A stretch of DNA of 64,000 nucleotides from Squalus acanthias (taxonomy: Eukaryota): contig JASTWF010000033.1 in the NCBI GenBank assembly GCA_030390025.1, positions 2,110,001 to 2,174,000 of the forward strand. The letters run 5' to 3'. The notes under the pieces were generated by a model that was not told where the DNA came from, made no database searches, and was given only the letters and a program-made list of their open reading frames with translations. Numbering within the stretch: the first letter of the stretch is position 1; each line of letters opens with the position of its first letter. The position numbers and the translations under genes were made by a program. Below, in pieces: positions 1 through 10,400 of the stretch.

Positions 1-1318
1 CAGTGTACATAACCCTAATGGGCCAATCACTGCCATTGTATATAACCCTAATGGGCCAATCACTGCCATTGTAAATAACCCTAATGGGCCAATCATTGCC
101 ATTGTATATAACCCTAATGGACCAATCACTGCCACTGTGTATAACCCTAATGGGCCAATCACTGCCATTGTATATAAACCGAATGGGCCAATCACTGCCA
201 GTGTATATAATCCTAATGGGCCAATCACTGCCAGTGTATATAACCCTAATGGGCCAATCACTGCCAGTGTATATAACCCTAATGGGCCAATCACTGCCAG
301 TGTATGTAACCCTAATGGGCCAATCACTGCCATTGTATATAACCTTAATGGGCCAATCACTGCCATTGTATAGAACCCTAATGGGCCAATCACTGCCAGT
401 GTATATAACCCTAATGGGCCAATCCCTGCCAGTGTATGTAGCCCTAATGGGCCAATCACGGCCATTGTATATAACCCTAATGGGCCAATAACTGCCATTG
501 TATAGAACCCTAATGGGCCAATCACTGCCAGTGTATATAACCCTAATGGGCCAACCACTGCCATTGTATATAACCCTAATGAGCCAATCACTGCCATTGT
601 ATATAATCCTAATGGGCCAATCACTGCCATTGTATATAACCCTAATGGGCCAATCACTGCCATTGTATATAATCCTAATGGGCCAATCACTGCCATTGTA
701 TAGAGCCCTAATGGGCCAATCACTGCCATTGTATAGAACCCTAATGGGCCAATCACTGCCATTGTATAGAACCCTAATGGGCCAATCACTGCCAGTGTAT
801 ATAGCCCTGAATGGCCAATCACTGGCAGTGTATATAACCCTAATGGGCCAATCACTGCCAGTGTATGTAGCCCTAATGGGCCAATCACGGCCATTGTATA
901 TAACCCTAATGGGCCAATAACTGCCATTGTATAGAACCCTAATGGGCCAATCACTGCCAGTGTATATAACCCTAATGGGCCAACCACTGCCATTGTATAT
1001 AACCCTAATGAGCCAATCACTGCCATTGTATATAATCCTATTGGGCCAATCACTGCCATTGTATATAACCCTAATGGGCCAATCACTGCCATTGTATATA
1101 ATCCTAATGGGCCAATCACTGCCATTGTATAGAACCCTAATGGGCCAATCACTGCCATTGTATATAACCCTAATGGGCCAATCACTGCCAGTGTATATAA
1201 CCCTAATGGGCCAATCACTGCCGTTGTATAGAACCCTAATGGGCCAATCACTGCCAGTGTATATAACCCTGAATGGCCAATCACTGGCAGTGTATATAAC
1301 CCTAATGGGCCAATCCCA
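1..1318. repeat. 33-bp minisatellite (CCCTAATGGGCCAATCACTGCCATTGTATATAA), about 40 copies, open at the window start; lies in the intron before the APEX1 last exon
   Basis: Direct 33-bp periodicity, seen as the 11-aa [11 protein letters not shown] repeat. Diagnostic variants recur at a 429-bp (13-unit) offset, e.g. ccaataactg near 485 and 914, atgagcc at 579 and 1008. Confidence 0.97.
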
Positions 1319-1344
1319 TTGTGTCTTTTTGTGCTGGTTGCTAG

Positions 1345-1859
1345 GAGTCGAAGAGCATGATGGCGAAGGCCGGGTCATCACCGCGGAATTTAACAAGTAC
1401 TTCCTGGTCACTGCGTACGTGCCGAATTCTGGCCGTGGCCTGGTGCGTCTGGATTACCACAAGACCTGGGACGTGGATTTCCTCGCCTACCTGAAGGGGC
1501 TGGAGAGCAAGAAGCCCCTCATCCTGTGTGGAGACCTCAATGTCGCTCACCAGGAGCTCGACCTCAAGAACCCCAAAACGAACAAAAAATCGGCCAGCTT
1601 CACGCCGGAGGAGAGGCAGGGCTTCGGCGCTCTGCTGGGCGAGGGCTTCGTCGACAGCTACTGCCACCTGTACCCCGACACCTCCCACGCCTACACCTTC
1701 TGGACCTACATGGGCAACTGCAGGGCCAAGAACGTGGGCTGGCGCCTGGACTACTTTGTGTTGTCCAAGGCTCTGCTCCCTTGCCTGTGCGACAGCAAGA
1801 TCCGCTCGAAGGCCATGGGCTCCGAGCATTGCCCCATCACCTTGCTCATGGCCATGTGA
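1345..1859 (+). CDS. APEX1: Last coding exon of DNA-(apurinic/apyrimidinic site) endonuclease 1, possibly a decaying duplicate; upstream exons are outside the window
   Basis: Translation [16 protein letters not shown]...[14 protein letters not shown]...LCGDLNVAH...YTFWTYM...[10 protein letters not shown]...[17 protein letters not shown] matches the APE1 C-terminal half. A pyrimidine-rich acceptor ctag ends at 1344 (phase 1, in the Gly codon where I recall the human last exon begins). The stop TGA ends at 1859. The part of the ORF track at 927-1344 is repeat read-through. Confidence 0.9.
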
Positions 1860-2458
1860 AGGTGTGTGTCTCCCCCACCCGCCCTTTGTGGCCGCTTCCA
1901 ATTCAGTCGAAAGGGAGCAATGGCCAAGGGCCTGAGGTCTTGCATTCCTTCCCACCCCGCTTTCATTGTCCAGCAGCTTGGGCCGGCTCAGCTTAGCTCA
2001 GCGGCTGCCCTTTGGCCTTTTTGTGTTGGGTACGCGGGTTGAGATGTCCCCTGCAGTGCCCACTGCCCTGGGCGATCAGCAGTGAAGACTCTGTCTCTGA
2101 GCGGGGAGGCTCCGGGTGCATTGTGGGATGGTGCTTCCTGGCTCATGATGGGCTGTATATTGCCCATGATCCATTTCAGGGGTTCCTTTCGGTGCTTGGG
2201 GGAGGGAGGGTGGTGGGGGTGATGGTGCTTCGGGGAGAGGAGGGTGGTGGGGGTGATGGTGCTTGGGGGAGGGGGTGGTGGTGGGAGGGTGATGGTGAGG
2301 GGAGTCCAGCCCTCGTGTCAGAGTGACCCTGGGTCAATGTCTTACTTGTTCAAGCTGCTGTGCGATGTATTGCGGTCGGGATGAATGTACGACTTACTGA
2401 AAAATGGTGCAATATCTGAAGTGCATCGTGATAGGTTAGGAATCAAAAGTTGAAACTC

Positions 2459-2464
2459 AATAAA
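2459..2464 (+). promoter_or_regulatory. Candidate polyadenylation signal for APEX1 (a second AATAAA lies at 2595-2600)
   Basis: AATAAA about 600 bp after the stop codon, followed by a GT-rich tract (tgtgtgtgtattg). Confidence 0.5.
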
Positions 2465-2599
2465 GCTAGCTTACTTCTGTCTCCATCTTTCCATGTGTGT
2501 GTATTGAGTGAGATGAATCAACTCCAGGCTCCTTTCCTGATAGACCAAACCCTTAGCTATGGAGCTGTGGTTAAAGCTAATGTCTAGTTGCTAAAATAA

Positions 2600-2870
2600 A
2601 ACTTGCATTTGTACGGCGCCTGTCACATTCTCAGCTCCTAAAGTGTTTCTCAGCCAATAAGTGGCTTGTGTGGTCACCGTTGTTATGCAGACAAACATGA
2701 CAGCTGTTTTGTGCACAGCAAGATCTCACAAACAGCCGTGAGGTGAATGCCTGGTTAATCTGTTTCTCTGGTTGGTGCTGGTTAAGGGAGGAATGTTTGC
2801 CCCAGGACAGCGGGGAGACCTTCCCTGCTCTTCCAATAGTGGCTGTGGCATCGTTAACGCCTACCTGAGC
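2600..2870 (-). mobile_element. Degenerate SINE fragment, Deu-domain (SacSINE1/AmnSINE-like)
   Basis: acttgcatttgtacggcgcc...gcacagcaagatctcacaaacagc...ccaggacagcggggagaccttccctgctcttccaatagtgg resembles the reverse complement of the DeuSINE core and tail as I recall them; not checked against a database. Confidence 0.6.
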
Positions 2871-3104
2871 TTGTGGATACGCCACACCACACCCGCCCCA
2901 ATCTTCCACACTAACTACAACAGCTTGGCTGCAGCAATCTCTCCTGTACTAGAAAATGTGATCATGAAAACTGGTTCACTGATGTCCTTCACTCCGGCCT
3001 TCCTCCCCATTGTGGCCAGCACTGACTCCAGCTCCACACCATTAAAGCTCTCTGAAATGGCCAATCGCTCAATCAGGAAACATACATCGAACTCCCGCTG
3101 GACA

Positions 3105-4068
3105 AAAATAATCAACCCCCATCTCCTCAACCCAACTACTGATGGGCAATAATCAACCCCCATCTCCGCAACCCAACTACCGATGGGCAATAACCAACCC
3201 CCATCTCCTCAACCCAACTACCGATGGGCAATAACCAACCCCCATCTCCTCAACCCAACTACCGATGGGCAATAACCAACCCCCATCTCCTCAACCCAAC
3301 TACCGATGGGCAATAACCAACCCCCATCTCCTCAACCCAACTACCGATGGACAATAACCAACCCCCATCTCCTCAACCCAACTACCGATGGACAATAACC
3401 AACCCCCATCTCCTCAACCCAACTACCGATGGACAATAACCAACCCCCATCTCCTCAACCCAACTACTGATGGGCATTACCCAACCCCCATTGCCGCAAC
3501 CCAACTACTGATGGACAATAACCAACCCCCATCTCCACAGCCCAACTACCGATGGGCAATAATCAACCCCCATCTCCTCAACCCAACTACCGATGGGCAA
3601 TAATCAACCCCCATCTCCGCAACCCAACTACCGATGGACAATACCCAACCCCCATCTCTGCAACCCAACTACCGATGGGCAATAATCAACCCCCATCTCC
3701 TCAACCCAACTACCGATGGGCAATACCCAACCCCCATCTCCTCAACCCAACTACCGATGGGCAATACCCAACCCCCATCTCCTCAACCCAACTACCGATG
3801 GGCAATACCCAACCCCCATCTCCTCAACCCAAATACCGATGGACAATATCCAACCCCCATCTCCTCAACCCAACTACCGATGGGCAATACCCAACCCCCA
3901 GCTCCTCAACCCATCTACCGATGGACAATAACCAACCCCCATCTCCTCAACCCAACTACCGATGGACTATAACCAACCCCCATCTCCTCAACACAACTAC
4001 CGATGGACAATAACCAACCCCCATCTCCTCAACCCAACTACCGATGGGAAATACCCAACCCCCATCTT
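3105..4068. repeat. 41-bp C-rich minisatellite (AATAACCAACCCCCATCTCCTCAACCCAACTACCGATGGGC), about 23 copies
   Basis: Direct 41-bp periodicity. Confidence 0.96.
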
Positions 4069-4265
4069 TCACCATAAATTCTGCAGAAACCCGGAAGGAT
4101 CTTACTGCCGCCCCATCACCGGGTGTGATCCCGGGATTCCCCGCCCAGGCACCGGGAGCGATCCCCAGGATTCCCGACACAGTCACTGGGAGTGATTCTC
4201 TCACTACCCCATCCCCAGTCTCAGGTCTCCCTCCCATCCCTGTCGATGTTAGTTCATTCCTTGCA

Positions 4266-5400
4266 GAATCATAGAAAGTTACAGCACGGAAGGAGGCCAT
4301 TTCGGCCCATCGTGTCCGCGCCGGCCAACAAAGAGCTATCCGGCCTAATCCCTCTTCCCAGCTCTTGCTCCGTAGCCCTGCAGGTTACAGCATCCCAAGT
4401 GCACATCCAAATACTTTTTAAATGTGATGAGGGTTCCTGCCTCTACCACCCTTTCAGGCAGTGAGTTCCAGACCCACACAACCCTCTGGGTGAAGAAATT
4501 TCCCCTCAAATCCCCTCTAAACCTTCCACCAATTACTTTAAATCTGTGCCCCCTGGTTTTTAACCCCTCTGCTAAGGGAAATAGGTCGATTCTATCCACT
4601 TTATCTATGCCCCTCATAATTTTATACACCTCAATAAGGTCTCCCCTCAGCCTCCTCTGTTCCAAGGAAAACAGACCCAGCCTATTCAGTCTTTCCTCAT
4701 AGCTAAGATTCTCTATTCCTGGCAACAACCTTGTAAATCTCTTCTGTACCCTCTCTAGTGCAATCACATCTTTCCTGTAATGTGGTGACCAGAACTGCAT
4801 GCAGTACTCTAGCTGAGGCCTAACTAGTGTTTTATACAGTTGAAGCATAACCCCCCTGCTCTTGTATTCTATGCCACGGCTAATAAAGGCAAGCATTCCG
4901 TATGCCTTCTCAACCACCTTATCTAGCTGGCCTGCTACCTTCAGGGATCTGTGGACATGCACTCCAAGGTCCCTTTGTTCCTCTACACTACTCAGTGTTT
5001 TACCATTTATTGTGTATTCCCTTTCCTTGTTACCCCTCCCCAAATGCATTACCTCACACATCCCCGGATTGAATTTAATTTGCCACTGTTCTGCCCACCT
5101 GACCAATTTATTGATATCTTCCTGCAGTCTACAGCTTCCTTCTTCAGTATCAACCACACAGACGATTTTAGTATCATCTGCAAACTTCTTAATCATACCC
5201 CCTATATTGAAGTCTCGATCATTGATATATACCACATAAAGCAAGGGACCTAGTATTGAGCCTTGCGGAACCTCACTGGAATCAGCCTTCCAGTCACAAA
5301 AACACCCATCAACCATTACCCTCTGCTTCCTGTCTCCGAGCCAGTTTTGAATCCAACTTGACACTTTGCCCTGGATTCCATGGGATTTTAACTTTGTGGG
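4266..5400 (-). mobile_element. 5'-truncated CR1-clade LINE (RT and C-terminus of ORF2 at 4345-5364, 3' UTR and tail)
   Basis: Motifs VPQGSILGP, KFADDTK, RPQLEYCMQFWSP and RRLRGDLIEVYK. The tail reads agaatcatagaa on + ((TTCTATGA)-type on -). Confidence 0.95.
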
Positions 5401-7238
5401 ATCAGTTTCGGGATTGATACAGGGCTATGGGGAGAGAGCGAGGCAGTGGGATCAGTTTGGGGATTGATACAGGCCTATGGGGAGAGAGCGGGGCAGTGGG
5501 ATAAGTTTTGCATTGATACAGGGCTATTGGGAGAGAGCGGGACAGTGGCATTAGTTTGGGATTGATACAGGGCTATGGGGAGAGAGCGGGGCAGTGGGAT
5601 TAGTTTGGGATTAATACAGGGCTATGGGGAGAGAGCAGGGCAGTGGGATTAGTTTGGGATTGATACAGGGCTATGGGGAGAGAGCGGGACAGTGGAATTA
5701 GTTTTGGGATTGATAAAGGGCCATGGGGAGAGAGCGGGACAGTGGGATTAGTTTGGGATTAATAAAGGGCGATGGGGAGAGAGAAGGGCAGTGGGATTAG
5801 TTTGAGATTGATACAGGGCTATGGGCAGAGAGCGGGGCAGGGGGATTAGTTTGAGATTAATACAGGGCCATGGGGAGAGAGCGGGGCAGTGGGATTAGTT
5901 TGGGGATTAATACAGGGCTTTGGGGAGTGAACGGGGCAGTGGGATTAGTTTGGGATTAATACAGGGACATGGGAAGAGAGTGAGGCAGTGGGATTAGTTT
6001 GGGATTGATACAGGGCTATGGAGTGAGAGCGGGGCAGTGGGATTAGTTTGGGATTAATACAGGGGCTTCGGGAGAGAGCGAGGCAGAGAGATTAGTTTGG
6101 GATTGATAAAGGGCTATGGGGAGAGAGCAAGGCAGTGGGATTAGTTTGGGATGGATACAGGGCTATGGGGAGAGAGCGGGGCAGTGGGATCAGTTTGGGA
6201 TTGATACAGGGCGATGGGGAGAGAGCGGGGCAGTGGGATTAGTTTGGGGATTGATACAGGGCCATGGGGAGAGAGCGGGGCAGTTGGATTAGTTTGGGGA
6301 TTGATAAAGGGCTATGGGGAGAGAGCGGAACAGTGGGATTAGTTTGGGGATTGATAAAGGGCTATGGGGATAGAGCGAGACAGTGGGATTAGTTTGGGAT
6401 TAATACAGGGCTATGGGGAGAGACCAGGGCAGTGGGATTAGTTTGGGATTGATACAGGGCTATGGGGAGAGAGCGGGACATTTGGATTAGTTTGGGGATT
6501 GATACAGGGCCATGGGGAGAGAGCGTGACAGTGGGATTAGTTTGGGATTAATACAGGGCTATTGTGAGAGAGCGGGGCAGTGGGATTAGTTTGGGATTGA
6601 TACAGGGACATGGGGAGAGAGCGGGGCAGTGGGATTAGTTTGGGATTAATACAGGGCTATGGGGAGAGAGCGGGGCAGTGGGATTAGTTTGGGATTGATA
6701 CAGGGCTATGGGGAGAGAGCAGGGCAGTGGGATTAGTTTGGGATAGATACAGGAATAAGGGCAGAGAGTGGGGCAGTGGCATTAGTTAGGGATTGATACA
6801 GGGCTATAGGGAGAGAGCGGGGAAGAGGGATTAGTTTGGGGATTGATACAGGGCTATGGGGAGAGAGCGGGTCAGTGGGATTAGTTAGGGATTGATACAG
6901 GGCTATGTGGCGAGAGCAGGGCAGAGGGATTAGTTTGGGGATTGATACAGGGCTATGGGGAGAGTGCGGGGCAGTGGGATTAGTTTGGGATTGATACAGG
7001 GTTATGGAGTGAGAGCGAGGCAGTGGGATTAGTTTGGGATTAATACAGGGCCATGGGGAGAGAGCGAGGCAGTGAGATTAGTTTGGGATTGATAAAGGGC
7101 TATGGGGTGAGAGCGGGGTAGTGGGATTAATTTGGGAATGATACAGGGCCATGGGGAGTAAGAGGGGCAGTGGCATCAGTTTGGGGTTAATACAGGGCTA
7201 TGGGGAGAGAGCGGGGCAGTGGGATAAGTTTGGGTTTT
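5396..7238 (+). repeat. 49-bp G-rich satellite (GGGATTAGTTTGGGATTGATACAGGGCTATGGGGAGAGAGCGGGGCAGT), about 37 copies, derived from the CR1 3' end
   Basis: 49/50-bp periodicity up to the gap. The unit translates as IQGYGERAGQWD*, like the CR1 ORF2 terminus LQGYGARAGKRD* at 4345-4383. Confidence 0.93.
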
Positions 7239-7438
7239 NNNNNNNNNNNNNNNNNNNNNNNNNNNNNNNNNNNNNNNNNNNNNNNNNNNNNNNNNNNNNN
7301 NNNNNNNNNNNNNNNNNNNNNNNNNNNNNNNNNNNNNNNNNNNNNNNNNNNNNNNNNNNNNNNNNNNNNNNNNNNNNNNNNNNNNNNNNNNNNNNNNNNN
7401 NNNNNNNNNNNNNNNNNNNNNNNNNNNNNNNNNNNNNN
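7239..7438. other. Assembly gap (200 N)
   Basis: Run of exactly 200 N, so the true distance and adjacency across it are unknown. Confidence 1.
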
Positions 7439-10400
7439 GGGTGTATCTAACCCGTGCTGTATCTGCCCTGGTCTGGTTTGATGGACAGTGTAGAGGGAGC
7501 TTTACTCGTATCTAACCCGTGCTGTATCTGCCCTGGGAGTGTTTGATGGGACAGTGTAGAGGGAGCTTTACTCTGTATTAACCCTGCTGTACCTGCCCTG
7601 GTGTTGGGGTGGGACAGTGTCGAGGGAGCTTTACTCTGTATCTAACCCGTGCTGTACTGCCCTGGGAGTGTTTGATGGGGACAGTGTAGAGGAGCTTTAC
7701 TCTGTATCTAACCCGTGCTGTACCTGCCCTGGAGTGTTTGATGGACAGTGTAGAGGGAGCTTTACTCTGTATCTAACCCGTGCTGTACCTGCCCTGAGGG
7801 AGTGTTTGATGGACAGTGTAGAGGGATCTTTACTCCTGTATCTAACCCGTGCTGTACCTGCCCTGGGATGTTTGATGGGACAGTGTAGAGGGAGCTTACT
7901 CTGTATCTAACCCGTGCTGTACCTGCCCTGGAGTGTTTGATGGGACAGTGCAGAGGGAGTTTTACTCTTTATCTGAACCGTGCTGTACCTGCCCTGGGAG
8001 TGTTTGATGGACAGTGCAGAGGGAGCTTTACTCTGTATCTAACCCGTGCTGTACCTGCCCTGGATGTTTGATGGGACAGTGAAGGGGAGCTTTACTCTGT
8101 ATCTAACCCGTGCTGTACCTGCCCTGGAGTGTTTGATGGGACAGTGCAGAGGGAGCTTTACTCTGTATCTAACCCGTGCTGTACCTGCCCTGGGAGTGTT
8201 TGATGGGACAGTGTAGAGGGACTTTACTCTGTATCTAACCGTGCTGTACCGCCCTGGGAGTGTTTGATGGACAGTGTAGAGGGAGCTTTACTCTGTATCT
8301 AACCCGTGCTGTACCTGCCCTGGAGTGTTTGATGGGACAGTGTAGAGGGAGCTTTACTCTGTATCTAACCCGTGCTGTACCTGCCCTGGGAGTGTTTGAT
8401 GGGACAGTGTAGAGGGAGCTTTACTCTGTATCTAACCCGTGCTGTATCTGCCCTGGGAGTGTTTGATGGGACAGTGTAGAGGAGCTTTACTCTGTATCTA
8501 ACCCGTGCTGTACCTGCCCTGGGAGTGTTTGATGGGACAGTGTAGAGGGAGCTTTACTCGTATCTAACCCGTGCTGTACCTGCCCTGGGAGTGTTTGATG
8601 GGACAGTGTAGAGGGAGCTTTACTCTGTATCTAACCCGTGCTGTATCTGCCCTGGGAGTGTTTGATGGGACAGTGTAGAGGAGCTTTACTCTGTATCTAA
8701 CCCGTGCTGTACCTGCCCTGGGAGTGTTTGATGGACAGTGTAGAGGGAGCTTTACTCTGTATCTAACCCGTGCTGTACCTGCCCTGGGAGTGTTTGATGG
8801 GACAGTGTAGAGGAGCTTTACTCTGTATCTAACCCGTGCTGTACCTGCCCTGGGAGTGTTTGATGGGACAGTGTAGAGGGAGCTTTACTCTGTATCTAAC
8901 CCGTGCTGTACCTGCCCTGGGAGTGTTTGATGGACAGTGAAGAGGGAGCTTTACTCTGTATCTAACCCGTGCTGTATCCTGCCCTGGAGTGTTTGATGGG
9001 ACAGTGTACGAGGGACTTTACTCTGTATCTAACCCGTGCTGGTACCTGCCCTGGGAGTGTTTGATGGTACAGTGCAGAGGGAGCTTTAACTCTGTATCTT
9101 ACCCGTGCTGTACTGACCTGGAGTGGTTTGATGGACAGTGTAGAGGGAGCTTTACTCTGTATCTAAGCCTGTGCTGTACCTGCCACTGGGAGTTTTATGG
9201 GACAGTGTAGAGGGAGCTTTACTCTGTATCTAACCCATGCTGTACCTGCCCTTGGAGTGTTTGATGGACAGTGTAGAGGGAGATTTACTCTGTATCTACC
9301 CGTGCTGTACCTGCCTTGGAGTGTTTGATGGGACAGTGTCGAGGGAGCTTTACTCTGTATCTAACCTGTGCTGTACCTGCCCTGGGAGTGTTTGATGGGA
9401 CAGTGTAGAGGGAGCTTTACTCTGTATCTTAGCCTGTGCTGTACCTGCCCTGGGAGTGTTTGATGGACAGTGCTAGAGGGAGCTTTACTCTGTATCTAAC
9501 CCAGTGCTGTACCTGCCCTGGGCAGTTTTGATGGGGACAGTGTAGAGGGAGCTTTACTCTGTATCTAACCCATGCTGTAGCCTGCTCTGGGAGTGTTTGA
9601 TGGGACAGTGTAGAGGGAGCTTTACTCTGTATCTAACCCGTGCTGTACCTGCCCTGGGAAGTGTTGGATGGGACAGTGTAGAGGGAGCTTTACTCTATAG
9701 CTAACCCGTGCTGTACCTACCCTGGGAGTGTTTGATGGGACAGTGTACAGGGAGCTTTACTCTGTATCTAACACGTGCTGTACCTGCCCTGGAAGTGTTT
9801 GATGGGACAGTGTAGAGGTAGCTTTACTCTGTATCTAACCTGTGCTATACATATCCGAGGAGTGTTTGATGGGACAGTGTAGAGGGAGCTTTAACTCTGT
9901 ATCCTATCCGTGCTGTACCTGCTCTAGGAGTGTTTTGATGGGACATTGTAGAGGGAGCTTTACTCTGTATCTAATCCCATGCTGTACCTGCCCTAGGAGT
10001 GTTTGATGGGACATTGTAGAGGGAGCTTTACTTTGTATCTAACCCGTGCTGTACCTGCCCTTGGAGTGTTTGATGGGTCAGTGTAGAGGGAGCTTTACCT
10101 CTATCTAACCCAGTGCTGTACTGACCGGGAGTGTTTGATGGACAGTGTAGAGGGAGCTTTACTCTGTATCTTACCCGTGCTGTACCTGCCCTGGGAGGTG
10201 TTTGGGACAGTGTAGAGGGAGCTTTACTCTGTTATCTAACCCGTGCTGTACCTGACCCTGGGAGTGTTTGATGGACAGTGTAGAGGGAGCTTTACTCTGT
10301 ATCTAACCCGATGCTGTACCTGCCCTGGGAGTGTTTGATGGGACAGTGTAGAGGGAGCTTTACTCTGTATCAAACCGTGCTGTACCTGCCCTGGAGTGTT

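Noticed and set aside
84..1344. Repeat-encoded N-terminal extension fused to APE1 (ORF 927-1859)
   Set aside because: The 33-bp unit is a multiple of 3 and happens to be in frame. APE1 similarity begins at a canonical splice acceptor at 1344/1345.
1345..1859. APE domain as the endonuclease of a LINE, linked to the nearby RT
   Set aside because: The sequence matches cellular APE1 ([23 protein letters not shown]), ends in its own stop codon and is on the opposite strand to the CR1 RT.
1341..2326. Alternative-frame and antisense ORFs over the APEX1 exon and UTR, and antisense ORFs over the CR1 copies
   Set aside because: Shadow ORFs of GC-rich coding or LINE sequence with no independent motifs.
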